DNA from: an uncultured Alphaproteobacteria bacterium
Lineage (GTDB): Bacteria > Pseudomonadota > Alphaproteobacteria > Rs-D84
DNA: 64,000 nt
NCBI GenBank assembly: GCA_947305255.1
Contig: CAMZDE010000001.1
Location: forward strand, 8,305-72,304
Direction: 5' to 3'
The notes beneath the pieces were generated by a model. It saw nothing but the letters and a program-made list of their open reading frames with translations. It had not been told where the DNA came from and ran no database searches. Within the stretch, counting starts at the first letter, position 1; each line of letters opens with the position of its first letter. The position numbers and the translations under genes are program-made. Below, one piece after another: positions 1-10,083 of this stretch.

Positions 1-14
1 TCTTTCAATTTCGA

Positions 15-371
15 TTATTCAGGAACGATGATATATCTGCTTTTCAAAACTTGCTTTTTGCTGCATTTTGAACAACCACATTTTGTGCTTTTTTGTTCTG
101 TGTATGCAGGAACAATAGCCTTTCTATCGTTGCGTTCAGTGTTGAAAATATCGCTTTCATACAAATCAGAGCAACGTGTATTGCGATATACAATCTTTTT
201 GTCATCAGCCAAAGAACGAATGTCGGCATTAAATTTTTTGCCGTCTTCTTCATAGTAATATACACAATCTTCGCCGACCTGACGATAGCGAACGTCTGTT
301 TTGTAATAATCATAGCCAGAACAACCCGCGACCAAAGCCAAACCCAACATTGATAAAACGATTTTTTTCAT
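15..371 (-). CDS. hypothetical lipoprotein (signal peptide with LVAGC lipobox, Cys-rich C-terminus)
   Basis: Complete ORF. N-terminal MKKIVLSMLGLALVAGCSG lipobox. GGAAAA RBS upstream of ATG. No recognisable family. Confidence 0.5.
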   Translation of the reverse strand: MKKIVLSMLGLALVAGCSGYDYYKTDVRYRQVGEDCVYYYEEDGKKFNADIRSLADDKKIVYRNTRCSDLYESDIFNTERNDRKAIVPAYTEQKSTKCGCSKCSKKQVLKSRYIIVPE

Positions 372-520
372 AATGTTTTCCTTTTGTTATCGATTCGATA
401 TAAATATTTTTGCACAATTTGTCTGATTGTCAAGTTTTATATGAATTTATGCAAAAACGCGAAAAAATGTATTTTTTATGATATAATTATATTGCGATTA
501 TATACCAAAGGATTTTGATT

Positions 521-1462
521 ATGTACTATTCCTGTTTTGGACTTGCAAATACTAAGGCTTTATTGACGCGGGCCCTGCGCGACGGATACGCAGTTCCGGC
601 TTTTAATTTTTATAATATGGAAACATTGCTTGCAATATTGCGTGCCGCAGACATCACACAAAGCCCGATTATATTACAGGTATCCGAAGAAGCGTTAAAT
701 TATATGACACCTGATATTTTAATGGGCATGATTGCGGGTGCAAAATATAAACCGAATCGCGTCGCATTACATTTGGACCACGGACATAGTTTTGAAGTAT
801 GCAAACGCGCAATTGATATAGGATTTTCGTCTGTTATGTTTGACGGGTCAAAATTACCGTTATCTGAAAACGTAAAAATATCACGCCGCGTCGCAGATTA
901 CGCACATAAATTCGATGTATCGGTTGAAACAGAATTGGGCGTCCTTGGCGGCATCGAAGACAGCAACACAAAATCCGATTCGCAATTTTACACCGACCCA
1001 ACAATTGTCAAAGATTTTGTAAAACAAACACAAACCGATTCGTTAGCGGTCGCAATAGGCACTGCACACGGCGCATATAAAATCAAAAACAAAAACGCAA
1101 AATTACGTTTTGATATTTTGGAACAGATTGCAAATAACATTCCAAAAACACCTCTGGTTTTGCACGGTGCATCATCAATTCCGCAAAAATTCATCACGAC
1201 TATAAATAAATTCGGCGGCGATATTACCGGCGCTCGCGGCATAGGCGCATCACAACTGCGTCATGCAATTTCATTACATATCACAAAAATAAATGTAGAT
1301 TCCGATTCGCGTCTGGCATTCACAGCCGCCGTCCGTGAAACTTTGGCACACGAACCAAAGGTTTTCAATCCGCGCGAATATTTAACAAACGCAATGGACG
1401 CAATCACAAAAAATTGCATCGACGAAATCCAAAATATAATGGGTTCGGGTTATAAAATCTGA
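521..1462 (+). CDS. fba: fructose-bisphosphate aldolase, class II
   Basis: Motifs GYAVPAFNFYNMETL, LHLDHGHSFE and HGASS typical of class II ketose-bisphosphate aldolases. ATG at 521 preceded by AAAGGA (the ORF track starts at a TTG at 515). Confidence 0.85.
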   Translation: MYYSCFGLANTKALLTRALRDGYAVPAFNFYNMETLLAILRAADITQSPIILQVSEEALNYMTPDILMGMIAGAKYKPNRVALHLDHGHSFEVCKRAIDIGFSSVMFDGSKLPLSENVKISRRVADYAHKFDVSVETELGVLGGIEDSNTKSDSQFYTDPTIVKDFVKQTQTDSLAVAIGTAHGAYKIKNKNAKLRFDILEQIANNIPKTPLVLHGASSIPQKFITTINKFGGDITGARGIGASQLRHAISLHITKINVDSDSRLAFTAAVRETLAHEPKVFNPREYLTNAMDAITKNCIDEIQNIMGSGYKI

Positions 1463-1469
1463 TTTGAAT

Positions 1470-2138
1470 ATGCACAACATAGCGTCTGATTTATTTAATA
1501 TGCGCGACGAACAATTTGCGAAATTTAACGCAAAATTGTTGCCACCAGACGTTGCCAAATCCGTTATCGGAATAAAAACACCCGAATTGCGTAAATATGC
1601 AAAAACTATGCTTGCCCCAAATATTTTTTTGCAATCATTACCTCATAAATATTTCGAAGAAAATCAAATCCACGCATTCATATTGTCCAACATCCGTGAT
1701 TTTGAAACATGTGTTAAATTAGTTAATGAATTTTTACCATATGTAAATAATTGGGCAACCTGTGACCAATTAATACCAAAAATATTCGCAAAAAAACCTG
1801 ATAAACTTTTCCAATGGATACAAAAATGGATAAAATCAGACCATACGTACACTGTGCGTTTTGCAATCGGATTATTGATGCGTTTTTATCTGGGGGACAC
1901 GTTTAATCAAAAATATGCAGATATGGTTTTGAAAGTTCAAAGCGATGAATATTATATAAATATGATGCGCGCGTGGTATTTTGCCACAGCATTAGCAAAA
2001 AATTGGGATTCTGTTATTGATATTATTGAAAATAAAAAACTAGATACATGGACACATAATAAAACGATTCAAAAATCAATCGAATCGTTTCGTATATCAA
2101 ACAACCAAAAACAATATTTGAAAAAATTAAAAATATAA
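1470..2138 (+). CDS. DNA alkylation repair enzyme (AlkC/AlkD-like HEAT-repeat glycosylase family)
   Basis: GIKTPELRKYAK motif and overall ~220 aa helical repeat architecture resemble the AlkD family. ATG at 1470. Confidence 0.55.
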   Translation: MHNIASDLFNMRDEQFAKFNAKLLPPDVAKSVIGIKTPELRKYAKTMLAPNIFLQSLPHKYFEENQIHAFILSNIRDFETCVKLVNEFLPYVNNWATCDQLIPKIFAKKPDKLFQWIQKWIKSDHTYTVRFAIGLLMRFYLGDTFNQKYADMVLKVQSDEYYINMMRAWYFATALAKNWDSVIDIIENKKLDTWTHNKTIQKSIESFRISNNQKQYLKKLKI

Positions 2139-2204
2139 AACAACGCAGATACGCCGTCGTTATTAAGTAAAAATACAAATAAATTAGAATGATGAAGATA
2201 CAAC

Positions 2205-2256
2205 AAAAAAAACGGCAACGTAGTGTACATATGTTACATGAGTTGCCGTTTTTTGT
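2205..2256. terminator. bidirectional intrinsic terminator (CGGCAAC...GTTGCCG stem with palindromic loop, flanked by A and T tracts)
   Basis: Inverted repeat 2213-2219/2242-2248 followed by TTTTTTGTT and preceded by AAAAAAAA. Sits between convergent alkD-like and efp. Confidence 0.5.
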
Positions 2257-2276
2257 TGCAGATTTATTATTATAAT

Positions 2277-2846
2277 TTATTTTGCGCGTTCAACGTATTC
2301 TAATGTTTCAGTATTCACAACAATCTTTTCGCCTTGTTCGATAAATGTTGGAACCTGAACACGAACACCGTTATCCAGAATCGCAGGTTTACCACCACTG
2401 CTGGTTGCTGTTTGACCTTTCAGTGCTGGTTCGGTTTCTTCGACCGTCGCGATTACTGTCTTTGGCAAAGTGATTGATACCGGATGTCCCTCTACAAAAT
2501 TTGCACGCACAGTCATTTCAGGTGCCAAGAATTTCATCTGTTCACCCAAAGAATCAACCGGCATAGTAAATTGTTCGTAATCAGACAAATTCATAAAGAA
2601 AGCATCAGTCCCATCGGAATAAAGATATTGGCATTCCAAATCTTCAACCATCAATTTTTCAACTTTGTCTTCGGCGCGCCAACGATCGCCACCTTTGTTG
2701 CCCGAATCGATATCGCGCAGGTCCGCCTGAACAAAGGCACCGCCTTTGCCTGGTTTAACCTTAGTAATTGACGTGACAGAATAGCGTTTACCATTATGGG
2801 AAATCACCCAACCCACACGCATATCATTTGCAATATATGTCGCCAT
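2277..2846 (-). CDS. efp: elongation factor P
   Basis: MATYIANDMRVGWVISHNGKRY...KPGKGGAFV is the EF-P signature, including the KPGKG loop. Confidence 0.9.
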   Translation of the reverse strand: MATYIANDMRVGWVISHNGKRYSVTSITKVKPGKGGAFVQADLRDIDSGNKGGDRWRAEDKVEKLMVEDLECQYLYSDGTDAFFMNLSDYEQFTMPVDSLGEQMKFLAPEMTVRANFVEGHPVSITLPKTVIATVEETEPALKGQTATSSGGKPAILDNGVRVQVPTFIEQGEKIVVNTETLEYVERAK

Positions 2847-2906
2847 TTATAAACCCCTTTGGTTTTTTAATGCACTAAGAATAAACCAAACTTTTGCGCC
2901 GCGCAA

Positions 2907-2936
2907 GAAAAAAACCGCCATGCCGGCGGTTTTTCA
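2907..2936 (-). terminator. intrinsic terminator downstream of dnaN
   Basis: ACCGCC-ATG-CCGGCGG hairpin. On the minus strand it is followed by a T-run. Confidence 0.5.
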
Positions 2937-2950
2937 AAACTAATATTTTA

Positions 2951-4063
2951 TTACATACGCATTGGCATCAACACAAACAACGCGTCTGTATCTTTGTCCG
3001 TAGATTTGATAATTGTTGGTGATAACGGTTCTTGCATTTCCATTTGGAATTTGTCACCTTCAACCTGCCCCGCCACATCCAGCAAGAATTTCACGTTGAA
3101 ATTAATAGCAAATGTTGCATCACCATTGTATTCAATATCTAATTCTTGGGTTGCGGTTCCGGCATCTGGACTGGACGCGTTAACAACCAATTTGTTCATA
3201 GAAAACGACAATTGAACCGATTTAGTCTTATCAACGCTGGCCACCGAAACCAAATCAACCGCATTGACGAATTTCTTTCTATCCAATATGGCAATTTTAT
3301 CGTTGCCTTTTGGAATAACGACGCGATAGTTTGGATATTGCGCATCAACCAATTTGCTGGTCAATGTGGCGGCGCCAACTGTAAAGCGCGCCTTGGTATC
3401 CGATAATTCAATTGTCACGTCGTCAACGTTGGCATCTTCCAACAATTTTGATAATTCACCAATCACGCGACGCGGTATAATCACAGACGGCATACCTTCG
3501 GTTCCAGCCGGCGCCTTAATCGCACACAACGCCATACGTTGCGCATCGGTTGCAACCGCAGTCAATTTGCCAGTATCTTCGGAAATATGGAAATAGATAC
3601 CGCCCAAATGATAACGCACATCATCTGTTGGAATCGCAAATTTAGTCTGGTTAATCAAATGTGCCAAATCTCCCGTTGTCATTTGGAATTTAGTACTTAA
3701 ATTACCACCCGCCATAACTGGGAAATTTTCCGCCGGCAATGTTGGCAAATGGAAAACCGCACTGCCACTGGAAACAACCAATTGATCGCCCGATTGTTTG
3801 AAATTGATTTCTGCATCGTCTGGCAATTTACGAACAATATCATACAACAATTGTACCGGCACAGTCGTTTTACCCGACAGAGTAATATCAGCGGCAACAT
3901 GTTCCACCAATTCTAAATCAACATTTGTCGCAGACAAAACCAAATCGTCTGCCACTTCTATCTTTACATTAACCAAAATCGGCAAAGTCGCACGTTTTTC
4001 AACAATCGACTGCATATGCCCCAGCGCACGTATTAAAACCTGACGAAACACTGAAAATTCCAT
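2951..4063 (-). CDS. dnaN: DNA polymerase III beta subunit (sliding clamp)
   Basis: MEFSVFRQVLIRALGHMQSIVEKRATLPIL is a typical DnaN N-terminus, ~370 aa. ATG at 4063 with AGGAGA RBS. The upstream in-frame extension of the ORF track is not supported. Confidence 0.9.
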   Translation of the reverse strand: MEFSVFRQVLIRALGHMQSIVEKRATLPILVNVKIEVADDLVLSATNVDLELVEHVAADITLSGKTTVPVQLLYDIVRKLPDDAEINFKQSGDQLVVSSGSAVFHLPTLPAENFPVMAGGNLSTKFQMTTGDLAHLINQTKFAIPTDDVRYHLGGIYFHISEDTGKLTAVATDAQRMALCAIKAPAGTEGMPSVIIPRRVIGELSKLLEDANVDDVTIELSDTKARFTVGAATLTSKLVDAQYPNYRVVIPKGNDKIAILDRKKFVNAVDLVSVASVDKTKSVQLSFSMNKLVVNASSPDAGTATQELDIEYNGDATFAINFNVKFLLDVAGQVEGDKFQMEMQEPLSPTIIKSTDKDTDALFVLMPMRM

Positions 4064-4163
4064 GACATTTCTCCTGTTTATCTTTTTGTTTTTCTTTTTT
4101 CCTATGCCCACTTTACCAAAAAACACCGATTCGGTGCAAGTGTAAATAGTACCAATTAAAATT

Positions 4164-6272
4164 TTAGAGATTTTGCTTTACAGATTCAAAAAGCGGTTGC
4201 GCCAAATTCGCCACAGGCAACCGAAACCAATCCGGATCATCACGTTTAACCGGCGCACCGCGTTCTAAGGCAGTCTGATACGGATGATCATCGGCCAGCC
4301 AGCCTTCTAATAAATCACCCGCCAATAATCCGGCAACCAAACCACCCGCTATACTAAGTCCGCCTGTCAACGGCGACAATAATAAACCCAACCCAACCGC
4401 AGAGCCAACTTTGCCCACAACGGCGGCACCATTTATCTTAAAATCAGGTTCCGCCAAATTACCAGAAATTTGCATCGCATTAACCAGATTTCCAGACAAT
4501 GATAATTTTAATCCACGAACTGGCACAGACGCCAAAGATAACTGTATCGTTTCTTGTCCCAAATCCAACGAGCCCGCAAGACGCAAATTAATCGCATGTG
4601 TTTCAACCGCGACACCATTTTGGGTTTCTATTAAACCGTTACGCAATTTAATGTTTGCAACCGCACCATCAATTTGAATCATATCACGTTTGTTGCCTGT
4701 GAATAAATCTTCGACGTTATGACGTAAATTGGTCAAGAAATCGCCGCCATACATATATTCAACTAAATCAGCATGCGCAAAACCATTATCCACAGAATAC
4801 ACAACAACCGGCCCCGTCATAGTCTGCATAATCTCTGACATATTTTTTCCATTTGCGCGAACATATAAATCAACATCTAAGGGCAATCCAGATATAACAT
4901 TTCTGATATAAATTTGACGCAATATTTCACCAACATAAATATGTTCACCGCGACCGGCCCCACGCATAATATATAAACCGTCCGGCGTAATATCTGCATC
5001 CATAGCGGCATGTAAATCACCATTACCAATTATAACATGCGCATCTGCAAAAACCTTATGATTATTCACACGAATTTTTAATTCAGAATTTGCCAAATCC
5101 AACGAACGATAAACAACAAAATGTTTAATATTTACGTCTATGTTTGCATCCAGATTATATAACACATCACCAAACAACGGCATATCATGAAACACATTCA
5201 AATCACGTGGCGGATGAATCCATTCGACACCCGCACCAAACCATTCTGGGAAAGATTTATAAATATCAAATCTGTTGGAATTAATTTTTGCACGCACCAC
5301 CGGCACAGATTTTGACCAATCATATGTCCCTGAAAAAACAATATCAGAATTTCCAAATTTAATAGACGATTTACGAAAAGATATTTTCTTTCTATCCAAA
5401 CCCGCCGCAATATCAACATTCATCAACGGCACCTTAAATAAATTCAATTTGAACCAATCGCCTGATTTTTTAAGATTTGGAATATCACCGCGCACAACAA
5501 AATCAATTGGGATTTTACTGGTTCCTTCTAATGCAATATCTGCAATCAGTGCATTCGCACCTGTCGCAAAAGCGATTCGCACAGGATAAATTTTTCGTTC
5601 CGTATTGTATTCACCAAATCGCACTACGAACGGCAAATTAGTATTATATGGTTTAACCCAACCAGTATATTCAATCGCCCCATCATTCAGATGATTATGA
5701 ATACCAAAGTCAGCCAAACTATATTTATCACCATAAATATTCGCAACAACATTTTCTAGTCCTAGCCCCGAAAAAGGTAACGGTTTTAACGGATATCTAT
5801 CTATGACATTTTTTTCGTTTTCTGCGGTTTCATCTGGCGCATTGTCTGTCGTGCCGGTTTCGTTTATAACAATCGAATTTTCGCCCGCTGCATTTCTTTC
5901 AATATTTATTTTCGCATCAATAATTCTTATGTATTGAATGGCAGGTTTTTTCCGAAACAAAGAAAATAAATCCAACCGCACATCGATTTTGTTTGCTTCA
6001 AATAAATTTTTATTTTTTGCCCAATCTGCATTTGGAATACGAACATTATTTAATTCTATCTCTGGTCGCAGAGAAAATCTCCACGACATATCGCCATCTA
6101 TTTCAATTTGCAACCCAGTCGCATCACGCAACACAGTTAAAATATTTCCACGCAACGATTCTAAATTTATCTGGTGTAACGCAATAATTACCGCAACAAC
6201 CAACCCCATAAAAAACAGCGCGATTATTCGCAGCAACCATATATACCGTCTATAAAACGCATAAAGAAACAT
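4164..6272 (-). CDS. AsmA-family outer membrane biogenesis protein
   Basis: N-terminal TM anchor followed by a long beta-rich periplasmic region of ~700 aa, the AsmA/TamB-like architecture. Confidence 0.65.
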   Translation of the reverse strand: MFLYAFYRRYIWLLRIIALFFMGLVVAVIIALHQINLESLRGNILTVLRDATGLQIEIDGDMSWRFSLRPEIELNNVRIPNADWAKNKNLFEANKIDVRLDLFSLFRKKPAIQYIRIIDAKINIERNAAGENSIVINETGTTDNAPDETAENEKNVIDRYPLKPLPFSGLGLENVVANIYGDKYSLADFGIHNHLNDGAIEYTGWVKPYNTNLPFVVRFGEYNTERKIYPVRIAFATGANALIADIALEGTSKIPIDFVVRGDIPNLKKSGDWFKLNLFKVPLMNVDIAAGLDRKKISFRKSSIKFGNSDIVFSGTYDWSKSVPVVRAKINSNRFDIYKSFPEWFGAGVEWIHPPRDLNVFHDMPLFGDVLYNLDANIDVNIKHFVVYRSLDLANSELKIRVNNHKVFADAHVIIGNGDLHAAMDADITPDGLYIMRGAGRGEHIYVGEILRQIYIRNVISGLPLDVDLYVRANGKNMSEIMQTMTGPVVVYSVDNGFAHADLVEYMYGGDFLTNLRHNVEDLFTGNKRDMIQIDGAVANIKLRNGLIETQNGVAVETHAINLRLAGSLDLGQETIQLSLASVPVRGLKLSLSGNLVNAMQISGNLAEPDFKINGAAVVGKVGSAVGLGLLLSPLTGGLSIAGGLVAGLLAGDLLEGWLADDHPYQTALERGAPVKRDDPDWFRLPVANLAQPLFESVKQNL

Positions 6273-6293
6273 ATATTTATACCCGTATATATA

Positions 6294-7265
6294 TTATGGT
6301 AATTGAAATTCTAAAAATTTCAACACCGATTGCATAAATTCAGGAACCGTCGCAGTCAACGTCATCGTCTTACGTGTAGATGGATGAACAAAAGTAATCT
6401 TGTAAGCAAATAAAAACAAATTTCTGGATTTTAATAACGAATTCAATGCACCCATATCTTTACCGCGCGTGACACCATACAAATCATCACCTACAATTGG
6501 CGCACCCAAAGTGTACGCACTATGTAATCTTAATTGATGTGTCCGACCCGTCTTAGGCGAAAACCACACCCACGACAACAAACCATGTGCCGTCCCCAAT
6601 AAACGATATTCAGTAACCGCACGTTGTGCATGAACACCGTCTGGAACATTTGATAAATCTTCATATACTGCACCTTTGGCAATATGGTTTTCTATGGTCC
6701 CTTTTTGTTTAGACAAAGTCCCATGCAAAAGCGCAACATATTCTTTGTGTGCAGTTTTATTTTGAAATTGTTTTGATAATTCTTGGGCCGCATGTTGATT
6801 TTTTGCAACAATTAAAATACCACTGGTTTCTTTGTCAATTCGATGCACCAACGATATTTTATCATACGGGAACAAAGCAGCCGCCATTTTATCAATAGAT
6901 TTTTTTATACCTGTTCCACCCTGCACCGCCAATCCGGCCGGTTTATTAAACACAACAACATCATTATCACTATGGATAATACATTTGCGTAAATCTTCCA
7001 AATCAGACAATGAAAATTGTTCACCACCTTCACTTTTTTTCTGGACAGTTTTATACGAATTCAGCGTCGGCGGTACGCGCACCACATCTCCGTTTCGCAA
7101 AATTTCCATTCCGCGCACACGCGACGAATTCACACGAATTTGCCCACCACGACAAAGTTTATAAAAATCCCCTTGGGGCAGCCCAGGAAAAACACGAAGG
7201 AACCAGCGCAAAAGTCTGGTTCCTTCATCAACTTGTGAAATTGTGATAAATTCAGCCAATTTCAA
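6294..7265 (-). CDS. RluA-family 23S rRNA pseudouridine synthase (RluC/RluD-like) with S4 domain
   Basis: HRIDKETSGILIVAKN catalytic motif plus N-terminal S4-like RNA-binding region. Confidence 0.8.
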   Translation of the reverse strand: MKLAEFITISQVDEGTRLLRWFLRVFPGLPQGDFYKLCRGGQIRVNSSRVRGMEILRNGDVVRVPPTLNSYKTVQKKSEGGEQFSLSDLEDLRKCIIHSDNDVVVFNKPAGLAVQGGTGIKKSIDKMAAALFPYDKISLVHRIDKETSGILIVAKNQHAAQELSKQFQNKTAHKEYVALLHGTLSKQKGTIENHIAKGAVYEDLSNVPDGVHAQRAVTEYRLLGTAHGLLSWVWFSPKTGRTHQLRLHSAYTLGAPIVGDDLYGVTRGKDMGALNSLLKSRNLFLFAYKITFVHPSTRKTMTLTATVPEFMQSVLKFLEFQLP

Positions 7266-7300
7266 CCCATAACAGCAATTATATAATCACTGTCTTGCTA

Positions 7301-7813
7301 TTAATTGCCGCTTGTTGGGATAGTGACAGCTTCACCATCACGGCCGAACCAAATCTGCAACTTGGAATTATCATTAGTTCCGGCCACACATTTAGCCTGA
7401 CCACCATTGGCCCATGTTCTGCCTTGCAACCCAGCACAAGTTGTCGCATCACCAGTTTCAAAGGAAATAGTAAATCTATCGCCCGCAGTAGATTCTGTTG
7501 CAGAGGCAACTTCATATACAGAACCGCCGTATGGCGCTTTCACTTGATCGAAGCCCAAAACTTTCAACACATTTGCAGAAGTAACACCGCTGAAGTTATC
7601 AGTGTTGTTGTACAACAAACGGATACCAGCCGCCAAAGCAGCGATATCGTCGTCAGCACGGCTCAATTTTTGGGAACGCATAGCAGATGTAATCAATACA
7701 AACGCCGCAGCAGTGATTAAACCCATAACCGCCAACACACCAACCATTTCAATCATAGAACGGCCGGATTCGTGTTTTTTAGTTACTCTTCTTGTTTGTT
7801 TTTTTTGTTTCAT
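7301..7813 (-). CDS. prepilin-type N-terminal cleavage/methylation domain protein (type IV pilin-like), paralog 1
   Basis: ESGRSMIEMVGVLAVMGLITAAAFVL has Gly, then Glu at +5, then a hydrophobic helix. C-terminal Cys pair. Confidence 0.7.
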   Translation of the reverse strand: MKQKKQTRRVTKKHESGRSMIEMVGVLAVMGLITAAAFVLITSAMRSQKLSRADDDIAALAAGIRLLYNNTDNFSGVTSANVLKVLGFDQVKAPYGGSVYEVASATESTAGDRFTISFETGDATTCAGLQGRTWANGGQAKCVAGTNDNSKLQIWFGRDGEAVTIPTSGN

Positions 7814-7897
7814 TTTTTTCTCCTGTTGTTTTCACATGGCACCTTTATTGTATCATAAAATACAAAACCTGTCAAACCGAAATTCGGTTTTTTTTCA

Positions 7898-8458
7898 TTA
7901 AATCAAATTTTCTGTCTTTTTGTAAAAAATTCCAAAACTATCTTCGATGCGGTTCAACCCAGTATTTGGATTTATCGCCACCGCAACGCCGATATTTTGT
8001 TGTGATTTAACGAATTGAGAATTTGCAAAAGTTTGCCCACATCCCGCACCAACCGAACCGCGGAAAAAGTTATCATTCAATTTTTTGCAATATCTTGAAT
8101 CCAGATTAGCAATATAAATACTGAACACATCCGGATAATCTGGGTCATACACAACACTATAATAACTGCCTTTGCCAAAAGGTGTTGTTGTTGCGACACG
8201 TAATTTTTCTAAGAAATTTTTTCCTGCTTCGATATTTGTAATACCGTCCAACGTTGAAAAATCTCTATATTTCAAAGACAAAGCCCGCACAGTTAATGCG
8301 ATATCCGCGACATCATCTTGGGTTTGTTTTATTTTTTTATTTGTTTGGATTATCGACACTATCCACAACACAAATGCCGCCACAGCACCAACAATAGCCA
8401 AGATAATCGCAGCTTCTAACATTGCAATCCCAGATTCACGATTATTTTGTTTTTTCAT
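7898..8458 (-). CDS. prepilin-type protein, divergent paralog 2 (possible minor pilin)
   Basis: ESGIAMLEAAIILAIVGAVAAFVLWIV has Gly then Glu at +5. C-terminal region unrelated to the neighbours. Contains a Cys pair. Confidence 0.6.
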   Translation of the reverse strand: MKKQNNRESGIAMLEAAIILAIVGAVAAFVLWIVSIIQTNKKIKQTQDDVADIALTVRALSLKYRDFSTLDGITNIEAGKNFLEKLRVATTTPFGKGSYYSVVYDPDYPDVFSIYIANLDSRYCKKLNDNFFRGSVGAGCGQTFANSQFVKSQQNIGVAVAINPNTGLNRIEDSFGIFYKKTENLI

Positions 8459-8486
8459 ATATTCCCCCCATTAAAAAAATAAATTT

Positions 8487-8978
8487 TTATTTAGAGTATG
8501 TAATTTTCAGCACTTTTTTATTACTGATTGTTGAACAAGTTGCGGTTCCGTCAGAATATGTCCGCACGGCCATTGCTTCGCATTCTTCGGCTTCAATTCC
8601 AATCAACCATACAATAAGTTTTCCTCTAGCTGTACTTACCGCGTAATACGAATCATCCCCCAAAGGTGTCGCCCCGTCAGTTTTTAACAACATTCTTGCC
8701 AGATCATACGCTGTCACATAATCATTGGCCACCTTTTTTTCGGGCACCGAACTATCGTCAAACCAGCGCAAAACGCTGTATCCCCCCTGTGCCGCAGTAA
8801 GCGCACTAACACCTTGAACCAATGTACTTATTTCATCGGCGGCGCGATTGCGTTTTTGCGACGCCATACCACTCTTAACCAAAACAAAAGCGCCCGCGGT
8901 CAACAATCCTGCAACAGCCAACACCCCAACCATTTCTATCATCGAACGACCGGATTGACGATTATTGTGTTTTTTCAT
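8487..8978 (-). CDS. type IV pilin-like protein, paralog 3
   Basis: QSGRSMIEMVGVLAVAGLLTAGAFVLVKSGMASQKRNRAADEISTL N-terminus. C-terminal ECEAMAVRTYSDGTATC disulfide loop. Confidence 0.75.
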   Translation of the reverse strand: MKKHNNRQSGRSMIEMVGVLAVAGLLTAGAFVLVKSGMASQKRNRAADEISTLVQGVSALTAAQGGYSVLRWFDDSSVPEKKVANDYVTAYDLARMLLKTDGATPLGDDSYYAVSTARGKLIVWLIGIEAEECEAMAVRTYSDGTATCSTISNKKVLKITYSK

Positions 8979-9006
8979 ACATTCCCCCGTATAAAAACAT
9001 TACTTT

Positions 9007-9519
9007 TTATTTAGAATATGTAATTTTCAGAACTTTTTTGTTACTGATTGTTGAACACGTTGCGGTTCCATCAGAATATGTCCGCACCGCCATTGCTTCG
9101 CATTCTTCGGATTCAATCCCCACCAACCAGATAGCAAAACCATTGCCTTCCCCGCTTATTGCGTAATACGACCCATCCCCCAAAGGCGTCGTTGCTTCGG
9201 TCTTTAACAATACTCTTGCCATTTCATACGGCGTCATATAGTCAGATTCTCCACCGACGGTCTTTGTCGGCACCCCACTATTACTTATCCACGGCAAGAA
9301 ACCAAAATATCCGGTTGTCGCAAGATGTGCCGCAGCAAACGAACGCACTCCTTGGGCCAATGTACTTATTTCATCGGCGGCGCGATTGCGTTTTTGCGAT
9401 GCCATACCACTTTTAACCAAAACAAAAGCACCCGCGGTCAACAACCCTGCAACAGCCAACACGCCGACCATTTCTATCATTGAACGACCAGATTCCTGCT
9501 TCCTTAAAAATTTAAACAT
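9007..9519 (-). CDS. type IV pilin-like protein, paralog 4 (mosaic with paralog 3)
   Basis: N-terminal 44 aa and C-terminal 32 aa are identical to paralog 3. The central region differs. Confidence 0.75.
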   Translation of the reverse strand: MFKFLRKQESGRSMIEMVGVLAVAGLLTAGAFVLVKSGMASQKRNRAADEISTLAQGVRSFAAAHLATTGYFGFLPWISNSGVPTKTVGGESDYMTPYEMARVLLKTEATTPLGDGSYYAISGEGNGFAIWLVGIESEECEAMAVRTYSDGTATCSTISNKKVLKITYSK

Positions 9520-9542
9520 ATCGTATTCCCTTTGTTAAAAAA

Positions 9543-10064
9543 TTATTTACCAAAATAGAACCACGCGGTCCCTTGAACACAGGATGCATCCGCGGCGACA
9601 CCGTGCCACGCCTCTAATGCCAACAATTTGCAATCTTCTTCGTCCAGATTCGCCAATCCCACCCTGAAATAAACAGATGTGCCATCATTTTGCACCCCGA
9701 AATATTCATACCAACTGGCATTATGTGTTGCATCGGATTGCGTAATAACGTAATATGTATCTTCACCCATAGGTGTCACACCATTTGTTTTCAACAAAGC
9801 CTTTGCCATATTATGACCACCTTTGCCACGACCTATTTCGTTTGCCCCCGGCAAAGTAGTAAATTTGCTGCCTTCGGCGGTCAAAGTACGCACAGATTGA
9901 GCCAACGTATTCATTTCATCCATTGCACGACGGCGTTTTTGTGATGACATACCACTTTGAATCAAAACGAACGCGCCCGCGGTCAACAAGCCCGCAACAG
10001 CCAACACGCCGACCATTTCAATCATCGAACGGCCCGCTTCTACTTTTTTATTACAACGTTTCAT
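9543..10064 (-). CDS. type IV pilin-like protein, paralog 5
   Basis: EAGRSMIEMVGVLAVAGLLTAGAFVLIQSGMSSQKRRRA N-terminus. C-terminal CKLLALEAWHGVAADASC loop. Confidence 0.75.
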   Translation of the reverse strand: MKRCNKKVEAGRSMIEMVGVLAVAGLLTAGAFVLIQSGMSSQKRRRAMDEMNTLAQSVRTLTAEGSKFTTLPGANEIGRGKGGHNMAKALLKTNGVTPMGEDTYYVITQSDATHNASWYEYFGVQNDGTSVYFRVGLANLDEEDCKLLALEAWHGVAADASCVQGTAWFYFGK

Positions 10065-10083
10065 TCTTATACCTCTTGTTTAA

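Noticed and set aside
2484-2771. Numerous 60-150 aa ORFs embedded in or antisense to efp, dnaN, asmA, parE, dnaJ, dnaA, thrS and others (e.g. 2484-2771, 3146-3406, 16273-16647, 18512-18769)
   Set aside because: Fully overlapped by strongly supported genes on the other strand or in another frame. No RBS, and biased or low-complexity composition.
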